From Octopus bimaculoides (lineage: Eukaryota), in assembly GCF_001194135.2 (NCBI RefSeq), contig NC_068994.1:57353194-57417193 (forward strand): a DNA stretch of 64,000 nt. Direction: 5' to 3'. Within the stretch, counting starts at the first letter, position 1. Each line of letters opens with the position of its first letter. A program made the position numbers and the translations under genes. Under the pieces are notes generated by a model. The model was not told where the DNA came from and searched no databases. It saw only the letters and a list, made by a program, of their open reading frames with translations. Below, in pieces: positions 52,814 to 64,000 of this stretch.

Positions 52814-53239
52814 CTTAAAGAAGCAAAACATAAAAGAGATAGTTTTCTTTTAACCAGTTTTATGTTTGGACGTCTGGATAAATAGTCTGGCTTTGGAAGT
52901 TTTGATGAGATTTTAAAAGCCATTAGTGGATATAGTTTGCTGTTTATAACTTCCGCTATCAATTCCATGCTGCTCTTTGAACATCAATAAACTAAGGTTC
53001 ATCTTATATGTTTTACAGTTGTTGGTGGTCTTCTAATTGATTTATTCCTTCTTTTGAAAATGTAGATGTGCTTCCTCTTGTAAATTTCGTTGAAACCGTT
53101 TTTGTTGTTGCTCAAATTGCTGTACTGGTGTGTGTGTGTGTGTTATAAACTTTGAGGATTAGAGAGACGAAACTCGGAATATACCTGCTTTCGCCTTTCG
53201 TGGGCTGTGTTTTTCTCCTCACATTTCTCTTCTTTCTAT

Positions 53240-53340
53240 CTCTGACATCACGAAGTTGAATTCTCGCCTCGACGTCGTTACAACGTGAGACTTAGGATTC
53301 AGTGAAATCTGTTGTAACTGAAAGCGGAAGTGTTTCTAGT
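53240..53340. promoter_or_regulatory. CpG-enriched promoter-like segment
   Basis: Several CpGs, ETS-type GCGGAAGTG 53324-53332, TGACATCA near 53243. Confidence 0.3.
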
Positions 53341-53462
53341 ATTATGTGAGCTCCTGTATTTTCATTTTGTAGAGAGAAGGGAGGACATTGGAGGGAAGTT
53401 TTCTTTTAGGAAGGGTTTAGTAGCGACATCTGTTGTTGTTTTAAGGAAACTTGATTTAGGTA

Positions 53463-53606
53463 GAAGAAGAAGAAGAAGAAGAAGAAGAAGAAGAAGAAGA
53501 AGAAGAAGAAGAAGAAGAAGAAGAAGAAGAAGAAGAAGAAGAAGAAGAAGAAGAAGAAGAAGAAGAAGAAGAACAACAACAACAACAACAACAACAACAA
53601 AGAAGA
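53463..53606. repeat. (AAG)n then (AAC)n microsatellite
   Basis: Direct reading. Confidence 0.98.
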
Positions 53607-54429
53607 AGAATCCTTTATTCTTTTGTTGTTGCTGCAATTTGTCCCGTTTGCGTCCGGCAAGTTTAGAAGCTTTTCACTCACTTTACTCCCTCGTGGTTCC
53701 ACTGTCCTCAAAGTCATTGTTGTTAACTTTTTTCTTCATTTTGTGTCAAATATATCCGATGAGAAGACATCAATTTCTATCTCTGTCAGTGACTGTCGTT
53801 GCCATGACAGCAGTAATCGTGCTATCGTCCATAGACTCATTTCATCCTTCACCCCCTCTTTGTTTCTACTGCCCTCCACCCACCCGCCACCTTTGTCTCA
53901 TTCTCCTGTAAACATTATCATCAATTCGTGTTTTAGTTTGTTTTGTTTTGTTTTGTTTTGTTTTTAAGAAAATGCAAAATTTGCAAATACAACATTGAAA
54001 AGCAGACGACTGTCCGTACTAGGGGAATAGGAGAAAACCTAAAAACGTAATAAAGAAGAAATGTGTCAGACTGTACACATAGCGAGGAAAAATTCAAACA
54101 CTCGCTAAGATCTGCAGGGCTTCAAGTCGAAATCGACGGGTTCTTAATTACAACACCGACTCAAAGCGTCAACATTATAGAAAGCATATAAAGTATGTAA
54201 TGAAACAGAATATAGTAACTGCAGAATATAGAAAGATAAGGGAGACAGCCATATTGCCCAAATTCAGCTAACAATGGCAGACGCGGGAGTTACATACACC
54301 GGAAGTTATGCCAACTCTATGAAATACCGACAAGAATTGGTGTAAGCCTACATCAAAGATGGCTACCGATAGCTTTAAAGCTACCATTCTCTTGAATATG
54401 TTAATACACACAGAGTGATCACGACTAAT

Positions 54430-54604
54430 CACCCAAGGGAATAAACATAGAGAGGACAAAGAAGGACAGATAAAGGGATTAAGCCGGTTTCATCGACCCC
54501 ACTGCGTAACTAATACTTATTTAATCGACTCCGAAAGGATGAAAGGCAAAGTCGACCTCGGCGGAATTTAAACTCGGAACGTAAAAAACAGACGAAATAC
54601 CGCT
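54430..54604 (-). mobile_element. SINE family A, tail type iii
   Basis: aaaggatgaaaggcaaagtcgacctcggcggaatttaaactcggaacg. Tail like 40825-40880. Confidence 0.9.
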
Positions 54605-54609
54605 GGACT

Positions 54610-55050
54610 CTGGACTGTCCATCTGCTCCTCGGGATCTATACTTTTTCAGCCCTGCCTCAGTATCTTCTTGTCCCCAGTCACTATTAGAAACTGCACTTT
54701 CCACCTCACTAATGGGTTCCAGGTCAGTGCCCGACGTGTAACGCAGAACGGTGGTTCCCTTTCAGATCTTGCTGCACCACGTTATATTATGTTCCCCTTA
54801 AGGAAGGCCTTCTTCTCCTAAGATTTGTTGCTTTTGAATTGTCATCGATGGTAGGTAAGGGTTTTAGTCCTTATCCAAACCCATTTCTACCTCTCGGAAG
54901 AGTTGGTCCATATTAATCTGATCTTTCTCCTTTGACTTATTCAGCATGGAAGACTTCAGAAGGAGCTTCTGCTCCTCAGGTATAGCTCTCGGGATTATTT
55001 AGGAACCCAAACCATCACACCGCAACAAGGACTAGACCCTGTTGTGTTAT
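54610..55050 (-). mobile_element. Probable RTE LINE 5' UTR fragment
   Basis: rc ccttgttgcggtgtgatggtttggg..aataatcccgagagctatacc resembles RTE 5' leader motifs. Recalled, not searched. Confidence 0.45.
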
Positions 55051-57795
55051 ATATAGCACTGGAGTAGATTGTTTATATTTGCCTCAGGGGCCTGTTGCAT
55101 AAGAGCGTCGTTACTCGCCATAGTTTATGAATATAGGGCCCAGCACGGTATAATGTAGCTATCCTCGAATGAGACACCTGACAATGATTACAAAGCAAAC
55201 AGGTGAAAACGGAGTATGTATAAGTAGTTATATATACGTATGCATATATACACACACAAACATACATACATACATACATGCATACATATATACATACATA
55301 TTTAATAACAGTTTGACTCAAATCCAAAGTATTTTAATTTTCATGGACGTAGGACACTTCTACCTCTTCACATATCTGATGAGGTGCGCACGTCCTCTAT
55401 ATATATATAATCGAACATATATGTGCGTGTGCTTGCGTGTGTGTTGGGAAAACATACACACACACACACACACACGCACACACACACACACACACAAACC
55501 AATGTCATAATGTCTAAAAGGTGAAGTTAATAATCCGAAAAATTACAATCTTATTAACAATAATTCATTACAGACATACAGGCATCTCGACATTTATTCA
55601 TCATTCAGGTATTTGATCATAACAGTGCACGCTAACAAATCACTCGCCAATTACTCAATGCAACGCTGCTTGCAGGAAAAATATTAATAATTGTAGTTAT
55701 ACTAATAGCTTCATTCACTTAATCTAGATATTAACTCTCTTGCATGAACACATATCTAAATTGTAGGATGTGTGCATGATATCATAGAAAAAGATATTCC
55801 GTTAGAATAATGTCACTTAAATATTAGAGCTATATTTCTCAGATGATATTGTTTTTCTCTTCTTTCCAGCCATTTCTCCTATTCCGTCTCATGAACGCAA
55901 TTTTCCTCGCAACTATAAATTAACCGCGTAAAATTGATGGCTGATTGCAATGTTGCTGAGTTGCCGTTTCCCCAATACCCCAAAAGTAATGAAAAAAAAA
56001 AAAAAGAAAACAGACAAAATATTTACAAGTAACCACATCTCTTCGGATTAGACCTCGGAATATTTCTATCTGCATCTTATTTGAAAAGAGAAATGTAATG
56101 TCGTTATTTTGCATTCACATATAATTATAAGCTCTGACTAATACCTCCAATTGAGATATTGTTGCCAAAACAGCCAGCTACGCATTTAAAATTCCTTCTT
56201 GTGCACGGATATATTTTATATAAGACGAAATAGATTTAGAACTCATTTCCAACGAAAGAAATATCACTGAACATGTCATTAAGAAGTCACTTTTATTTCT
56301 TATTTTCTATTATTCTCAGTCGTCTTTCTCGGTTGCATTCCTCCTTCTCCGCTTTATTTCTAATGTCATATTATTCTTCATTCATCAATTCTAATTTCTT
56401 TCGCTCGAGATCCATTTAACTCATTTCAACAATGTCGATAGTGACAAAGCCACTAAGAACGGTGAAAGGAATAAAACTAATGCAAATGACGTCAGCCGTG
56501 ATCACAACAACATTGATGTTATGAAACCTGACAGCAGCCATTTCTAATATTTACATTAATCACCGCTCCTAAAACCTTATTCCTTCTTATCTATATTACC
56601 TGTCTGTGTACATGTGTATCTTACTAATGTGTGTATGTGTTCCCCTGTCTTTAACCCTTTCCTTTTCCAGCGACCATCATCAATCTCATATGTTCACGGC
56701 CTATTAACCTAACACAGCTTTCTAGTGTAGTGTACTCGTATGTTTTACATCTCTTAGAAGCCGTGTACCCTTCTGTAATATCTGCCTATATTTTAAATTA
56801 TAAATAATTCTGTACGCTTACAGAATTTATCATCTCGTTATGTCGATGTTGCAAGACTTTTATTTAATTCACCAGAGACAAGAAAAAGAAAGCAAAAAGA
56901 ATTATTGCTAATTTCAATTGTCATACTTAATTTAAAGTGTGGAAGTTACACCTTCCTGATAACATATTTAAGTAAGTTAAGCGAACAGTTAATCTTTGAT
57001 ATTTATTTTACATGTTCACAAGTGTCAGGTGCTATTACATAGAGAAGAGAGTGATAGAAGGCGAGGAGAAAAAGCCTAAGAAAGTGAAAATAAGAATGCA
57101 AACAAAGGTGTTTAATTTTTCTTTCACACATTTCGAAATACAGGGTTAGAGAATATTGAAATATATGAAAGCAAATCAACTTTTATTTGCTGAGCGCTTC
57201 TCATTATATACTACCGACAAAAATTAGATGCTAGATTTTTACCCCTACCCCTCAAAGTAGCATTGAAATGAAAAATGTTATTTTATGTTTGTGTAAAAGG
57301 AAAAAAAAATATCAAAGATAAATTTAAGTTAAATTTAAAAAAGAAATAGAGATATTTTTTCTTTTAAGTGAAAACAAAGAACGGAGAAAAGAAGCCTACA
57401 TACCTGAGCTGAAACGTACGTTGTTATTACTTCAACGTTACACCTATGTATTGTTCACGACAGCTAAATTTTGTAGCGTCACAAATTTTTACAAAAAGGT
57501 GTTGATAACAGCTAAGAATAGATAAGATCTCTGTGAGTAAGAAAAAAAAGAGAAAGAAAACAAAGAGAAGAAATTGCTTCTCATTTCAATGGTTGCTTCG
57601 CAAATGGCATTGACACACATCGCTTTTTAATTACATCTAGAGAGGAATCGAACAAAAACTGTACAAATGCCTGGTGCATACCACAAAATATATAGATTGT
57701 GGTTGTTGCTGTTGCTACTGTACGTCTTCGTGTTATACGGGCCCAGAGCAAGTCTGAAAGCTGGGATTCCTGTTTTTGCCTTTTGGCTTCTGTAG

Positions 57796-57952
57796 ATTCG
57801 CTTTGTCCAATGGCTCCTTTAATAAAGAGAATACAGTGTGTTTGCCAGAAAATATCAGCGTTAATTCTAGCATGTCAAACGGCCACCTACAAGGACCAGT
57901 GAAGTCAGATAAAGTAAAGCAGCAAAAGAACTTGGCGTCTTCATACAATTAA
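57796..57952 (+). CDS. Candidate coding exon (xFALSNGSFNKENTVCLPENISVNSSMSNGHLQGPVKSDK|VKQQKNLASSYN*)
   Basis: Strong acceptor ttcctgtttttgccttttggcttctgtag|A. Open to TAA 57950-57952, or spliced at AAA|gtaaag after 57913. Confidence 0.35.
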
Positions 57953-58259
57953 ACAACAAATCTGGTATTATTTCATTGCAGGCGATAGCTATACATAAAT
58001 AGCAGTCGCCATATTCCCTTCCAAATCAGCTAACTCTGGTGAGAGTAAAGTTATATAATCGGATTGTTACCTAAGACTTGTATTCTTTATGCGAAACTGA
58101 TTGCTAAGATCTGGCTTGATGAATATTTAATACTATACATTTCGGATAATACATATATATATATGTATATATATATATAATAATACAAAGAATATATATA
58201 CATGTATACACACATATATGTACATACTTACATCTACATGTGTATATACATGCATATCA

Positions 58260-58415
58260 GGGTACAGGACGTTAGAACAATAAACTACAGACAACGGAAC
58301 GAACACATAGGAAAACGGAAAGCCACTTGGAATATCCCTTCATCAGCTGTCTCTATTCTATCTAGACGTTTCGAAGATAAGACAGAACGTACTCTAGAAT
58401 AGTCTCTTCCTGAGT
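58260..58415 (-). mobile_element. Penelope-like terminal repeat fragment with hammerhead-like words
   Basis: rc contains CGAAACGTC followed 18 nt later by CTGATGAAG. Adjacent to (TA)n and near an N-gap. Confidence 0.4.
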
Positions 58416-59163
58416 AGTGGATCAACCCACTACACAGAGGATTCCAGGGTGGCAAACACAAACCAAGNNNNNNNNNNNNNNNNNNNNNNNNNNNNNNNNN
58501 NNNNNNNNNNNNNNNNNNNNNNNNNNNNNNNNNNNNNNNNNNNNNNNNNNNNNNNNNNNNNNNNNNNNNNNNNNNNNNNNNNNNNNNNNNNNNNNNNNNN
58601 NNNNNNNNNNNNNNNNNNNNNNNNNNNNNNNNNNNNNNNNNNNNNNNNNNNNNNNNNNNNNNNNNNNNNNNNNNNNNNNNNNNNNNNNNNNNNNNNNNNN
58701 NNNNNNNNNNNNNNNNNNNNNNNNNNNNNNNNNNNNNNNNNNNNNNNNNNNNNNNNNNNNNNNNNNNNNNNNNNNNNNNNNNNNNNNNNNNNNNNNNNNN
58801 NNNNNNNNNNNNNNNNNNNNNNNNNNNNNNNNNNNNNNNNNNNNNNNNNNNNNNNNNNNNNNNNNNNNNNNNNNNNNNNNNNNNNNNNNNNNNNNNNNNN
58901 NNNNNNNNNNNNNNNNNNNNNNNNNNNNNNNNNNNNNNNNNNNNNNNNNNNNNNNNNNNNNNNNNNNNNNNNNNNNNNNNNNNNNNNNNNNNNNNNNNNN
59001 NNNNNNNNNNNNNNNNNNNNNNNNNNNNNNNNNNNNNNNNNNNNNNNNNNNNNNNNNNNNNNNNNNNNNNNNNNNNNNNNNNNNNNNNNNNNNNNNNNNN
59101 NNNNNNNNNNNNNNNNNNNNNNNNNNNNNNNNNNNNNNNNNNNNNNNNNNNNNNNNNNNNNNN

Positions 59164-59260
59164 TTTGCTTGGGCTATTGTAAAAGCTACTTGCCGAAGAT
59201 GCTGTGGGATCGAACCCGAAACCTTGTGACAAGGTCTTTAACTGCCCCGCCATACGCGCA
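59164..59260 (-). mobile_element. Diverged SINE family B head
   Basis: gggctattgtaaaagctacttgccgaagatgc..gggatcgaacccgaaacc. Confidence 0.65.
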
Positions 59261-59329
59261 CGTGTGTATATTTACAAGTTGAACGTATGTTTATGAGGCT
59301 CCCACTGCTTAGATGCTATACGTAACATT

Positions 59330-59520
59330 TTTTTTTCTACTTCAGGCACAAGGCCTGAAATTTTTGGGGTGGGGGCCAGTCGATTAGATCGACTCAGTAC
59401 ACAACTGGTACTTAATTTGTCGACCCCGAAAGGATGAAAGGCAAAGTCGACGTCGGCGGAATTTGAACTCGGAACGCAAAGACAGACGAAATATTGCTAA
59501 GCATTTCGCCCGGCGTGCTA
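59330..59520 (-). mobile_element. SINE family A, 5'-truncated, 16-bp TSD
   Basis: TGCTATACGTAACATT at 59314-59329 and 59516-59531. Confidence 0.94.
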
Positions 59521-60519
59521 TACGTAACATTAAAACTTCCACAACTGAAAGAAAGAAAAAGTATAGTGAACAGTCATAGCTGTAATGCAAATATATAGCA
59601 AAAGAAAAACCTGCAGTAAACATTACTAAAAAACGGTTAGATATGCCGAACTAAATAATAGCAACACATGAAACTAACATAAATAACTTAGATTGTATAC
59701 AGGTCTGATGCGTTGTCAGACGCATTAGAACAACCAATTTTCTGAACATTTTTAAAATACATTCCAAAGAATTAATGGTATTCCGTTACTGTTGAAATAC
59801 AATATCTGAACATGTTTTTTTGAAAAGACTTCATTTATTTATTTATTTATTGGGTGACCGTATTTTCGATGTATTTGTGTAGCTTGTAAATTTACAATGG
59901 TTTTGCTAATACATATAACCTAACATCTATCTTCATTTTGGTCTCATATTGTCTAATTCTTGAACATCTTTTTTAATGTATTTCTTTTTTATTGTCCTTC
60001 AATGCATTTACATACAGTAATTAGACGCTTTTTTTCCCCACCTGAATTAACTTATTTAATTTACAAATCCCCTAACTCTTTGTGACGTGTGGATATTTAA
60101 TTCTGGCAAATAGTTTTGAAATTAAACAATAAGAATGCAAATGTTGGTGATATAAATGAGATATTTTCTTTCTTATTATTTTTCAGAATAAAATAAAGAC
60201 GGAAATCAATGTATACAGCAACAGAAGTTACGTCCATATACTGTCTACAACAATATTCCACTAAGATTACATTAATGTTCTTAAAATAATCTTTTATCGA
60301 AACTTTCTTTCAAATTATTGTTCACTTTTGTAAAAATCATTTTCCTATACATTTCGAAATATTGTGCTATGTTATAGTAATCTATTGTTGTCGTCTTTCA
60401 TTTTTTTCTCTTCTATTCATATCTTATGTCCGATATACGCTTTTAATGTTATCTAACACTGGAATTTATTAAAGACAGTCTTGGTGCATCATTTGTTAGG
60501 AATCAGTTGCCATTATTAT

Positions 60520-60715
60520 TGCAGAATCACTAGAGCGTCGGACAAAATACCCTGTGGTTATATATTCTGAGTTCAAATCCGACCACGATCAAATTTGCTC
60601 TCCATCTTTTCGAAGTCGATATAACAAAATACTAGTTCGATACCGGGATCAAAATATCGGAACCATGTGGTAGGTAAGTAACCTACTTACCACACAGCCA
60701 CTCTTGCGCCTATTT
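60520..60715. mobile_element. Diverged SINE A (+) fused tail-to-tail to SINE B head (-)
   Basis: gcagaatcactag...ttctgagttcaaatcc...gaagtcgat then ggaaccatgtgg...cttaccacacagccactcttgcgcct. Confidence 0.7.
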
Positions 60716-61140
60716 AAACAACACAGTGAAATCGATGTTAACATAACCTCTTGAAATAAGACATTTTAGTTGATTAAAATTACTCCCGGGATGGGGTAGA
60801 ATAAACATGAACGTAACAATTAATTTTTCAAGGGAGACAACCACATAGTTTGAATTATCTAAAATAGAATTAGCTAAACGGGTAACTGCGTTGATATTAT
60901 AACTAAGTATAACTACGGATGATATTATAGAAGTTAGAGATACCGCAATAAACTCTCCTGGACGGCATGTGGAAGATGTGTATAGCGAAATTGTATAATC
61001 TACTTTTGTACTTCAATTAAATCCTTCATCAAGGTTACCGAACATGCTTCTATTTAATTAGTTCTTAATGCATTAAATGTCCATTGGTGAAATTATCAAA
61101 TGCAATTGTAAACCAAATAGCACACGTTTTGTTGTGACAG

Positions 61141-61283
61141 ACTAGTAGTAGTAGTAGTAGTAGTCGTAGTCGTAGTAGCAGTAGTAGTAGTAGTAGTAGT
61201 AATGGTGGTGGTTGTGGTGGTGGCAGTAGTAGTAGTAGTAGTAGTAGTGGCGTTGGTGTAGGTGGTGGTTGTGGTGGTTGCAA

Positions 61284-61368
<85 letters not shown>

Positions 61369-61405
61369 GGCGTTGATGTAAGTGGTGGCTGTGGTGGTGG
61401 TGGTG
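61141..61405. repeat. (AGT)n/(GGT)n compound repeat with an approximately 120-bp higher-order duplication
   Basis: agtagtagtggcgttggtgtaggtggtggttgtggtgg recurs as agtagtagtggcgttgatgtaagtggtggctgtggtgg. Confidence 0.9.
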
Positions 61406-61812
61406 NNNNNNNNNNNNNNNNNNNNNNNNNNNNNNNNNNNNNNNNNNNNNNNNNNNNNNNNNNNNNNNNNNNNNNNNNNNNNNNNNNNNNNNNNNNNNNN
61501 NNNNNNNNNNNNNNNNNNNNNNNNNNNNNNNNNNNNNNNNNNNNNNNNNNNNNNNNNNNNNNNNNNNNNNNNNNNNNNNNNNNNNNNNNNNNNNNNNNNN
61601 NNNNNNNNNNNNNNNNNNNNNNNNNNNNNNNNNNNNNNNNNNNNNNNNNNNNNNNNNNNNNNNNNNNNNNNNNNNNNNNNNNNNNNNNNNNNNNNNNNNN
61701 NNNNNNNNNNNNNNNNNNNNNNNNNNNNNNNNNNNNNNNNNNNNNNNNNNNNNNNNNNNNNNNNNNNNNNNNNNNNNNNNNNNNNNNNNNNNNNNNNNNN
61801 NNNNNNNNNNNN

Positions 61813-61847
<35 letters not shown>

Positions 61848-61888
61848 TATATATTTACATATTTATATATGTGTATATATTTGTATCC

Positions 61889-61920
<32 letters not shown>

Positions 61921-61939
61921 GTGTATATATATATGTATG

Positions 61940-61970
<31 letters not shown>

Positions 61971-62241
61971 GTATATATATATGTATGTATATATATGTAT
62001 TATGTATGTGTGTATGTATATATGTATGTATGTATGTATGTATATTTACATAATTGTATTAATATAAACCAATCGCTTTAGATAATGGAAAAGCACTGAC
62101 TTTTTACTCTAAGTTACCATTATCACATTCGCATACTTTCACCTTACATAGTTTGCGGGGGTTGATGTTGCAATATTATATTGAATCGATTATATTGTGT
62201 TGAGTGAACAGATGCGCAATACTTTGCTAAATTCTTTCCTA

Positions 62242-62422
62242 TATTCGTCAGGCCACAACAAAAGCTGCCTAGCATTCTGAGTAGAGGCCATCGTCTGACA
62301 TCATCTGAGGCCACGTTTCATCAACTAAGAGGGGGACAAGAACCGGTGTCAGCGTGTGGACGGTACAACACTATGGCCTCTACTTTGTGTGCGAAGCTGC
62401 TTTTGTTGTAATGTGACGAATA
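62242..62422. repeat. 181-bp inverted repeat (MITE-like or structured RNA)
   Basis: Arms 62242-62291 and 62373-62422 align ungapped at 39/50. Confidence 0.8.
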
Positions 62423-62945
62423 AAGCGCGTAAATTACTAAAATATTGCAAAACCTTTGACTCAGCACAATATACAATTGTTGGGTGGGGTGGTGCAGTAA
62501 ACCTATTTCGGCATTTGACTGGTACTTAGTATATGTACCCTCGAAGGAAACCTGCGCACATTGCTTAAATGATCATTATTCGATATTTTGAATTATCTTG
62601 CCTAGAATTCTAACCAACCAGTCAATGCATCGCCCGAAACTCTGTCCTACAAATGCTTTCTTACAGAGTCACATGACCAGGAATTTAGTTAGTGGTATGT
62701 GTGTGGGGTGGGTCAGTTTTATCAATCCCAAGAGGAACGAAAGGAAAAGCCAACCTCGGGAATATGTGTATTCAGAGCGTAAAGAGTTGTACTTTAATAC
62801 CTCACGGCAACGAAATGCTGTTTTAATACTGAACGCGTAATTAAACATAATACAGGTGATAACTCACACAAGCTAGCGACATATTCTGTAACGTTATAAC
62901 ACATCATGTCAGTACTGTAGCATTAATGGAAGAACATATGGAGCA

Positions 62946-63106
62946 TAGGCACAGGAGTGACTGTGTAGGAAGAAGTGTTCCTACATGGTTCCGGATTCAG
63001 TCCCATTGTCTGGCGCCATGGGCCAGTGACTTTTTTTTTAGTAGCCTCGGGCCGACCAAAGGCTTATGAGAGGATATGGCAGACGAAAACAGATAAAAGT
63101 CCGTCG

Positions 63107-63108
<2 letters not shown>
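62946..63108 (+). mobile_element. SINE family B, 5' half
   Basis: gcacaggagtgactgtgtagg...catggttccggattcagtccc...agcctcgggccgaccaaaggc. Confidence 0.85.
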
Positions 63109-63162
<54 letters not shown>

Positions 63163-63564
63163 GATGTGATTTAGCACCCCCTAAAAATTTAAAAATTCTA
63201 GGGGAAGCGAGTGCACCGCCTGCACCAACTGTTCCCGGATCCTTGGACGCGGTATATTGTTATGCAACCCTAACATGCTACAAAGTATATTAAACATTTT
63301 TTTTAAGTCAATACCATGTCATGGTGTGTTAGCAGTGCTTTTTAAACCACTTGATAAGGTTATCTCTATAGATGTTCTATAGAAATTAATTGCCAGCATT
63401 GACTTTTGTTACGACGTTTCGTAACAAAAATCAGTGCTGGTTACAGTTTCTACAGGATATCTTTAGAGATAACCTTTACAAGAATAAGTAATATAAATTT
63501 TGTTGAAGTATGTCTGTAAAATAAAATCTATAGTAAACATTTCATTGTGATATTGATGTCATGC

Positions 63565-63720
63565 ATTAGGCACAAGGTCGCAAAATTTGCACTTACTTTC
63601 TGAATACGTTAGGGTTGAAAGAAACTTGAACCCGGCTAGATTTGAACTTGAAACGTAGGAGGAAGCAAAGTAAATATCGTATGACATTCCTGTATGACAC
63701 TGTGTTCTTTCTGTCTATTC
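63565..63720 (-). mobile_element. Highly diverged SINE family A
   Basis: ttaggcacaaggtc tail and gatttgaacttgaaacgta box. Confidence 0.5.
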
Positions 63721-64000
63721 GCTGTCGACAAGTGCTATAATAATTATAGCTCAATCATGATGTGCAGTTGTCACTTTACACGAGTAAGCTGAATAGAATT
63801 TAATCTGGCCGTGATGAGTCGCTGACAGAAAGTGTAAGATGAGATCGTGATAAAGTATATATTAATAATATACATTTAATAACATTAAGGACAATAACTC
63901 GAACTTGTGTGATGACATTGAGGAAGTGTTCTCAATTTGGCTCGGTAAATTATTTTCCTACTGACTGATGGCTTGCAAGTGATTTGATAAGAAATCGCTT

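Noticed and set aside
62215-62256. CTGACGA..GAAA on the minus strand at the edge of the 62.2-kb inverted repeat
   Set aside because: No helix II pairing and only 2 bp of helix I; not a credible hammerhead.

Overview
AT-rich animal genomic scaffold, most likely an octopod cephalopod (Octopus sp.). That assignment is an inference from recalled SINE sequences and the extreme microsatellite density, not from a database search. There are eight N-gaps (about 2.5 kb in total). The window is mostly intronic/intergenic: about 30 copies of at least four short retroposon families, decayed RTE LINE fragments, a 5'-truncated R4/Dong-type element sitting in an (AAT)n tract, a TTAA-flanked piggyBac-type MITE, possible Tc1/mariner and Gypsy remnants, and many simple repeats. 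I could not identify any intact, nameable protein-coding gene, rRNA, true tRNA or CRISPR array. The long ORFs in the supplied track are artefacts of N-gaps and microsatellites. A few isolated candidate exons and promoter-like motif clusters are listed at low confidence. Best second-look items: (1) a 242-bp fold-back insertion with a 12-bp target-site duplication whose 55-bp inverted arms enclose a minimal type I hammerhead ribozyme carrying a G5A core substitution (21113-21354); (2) a 181-bp rod-like inverted repeat (62242-62422); (3) a GTTACA-anchored array with variable spacers (43384-43730); (4) inverted SINE pairs that could form dsRNA. I found no convincing evidence of a wholly new multi-gene system.
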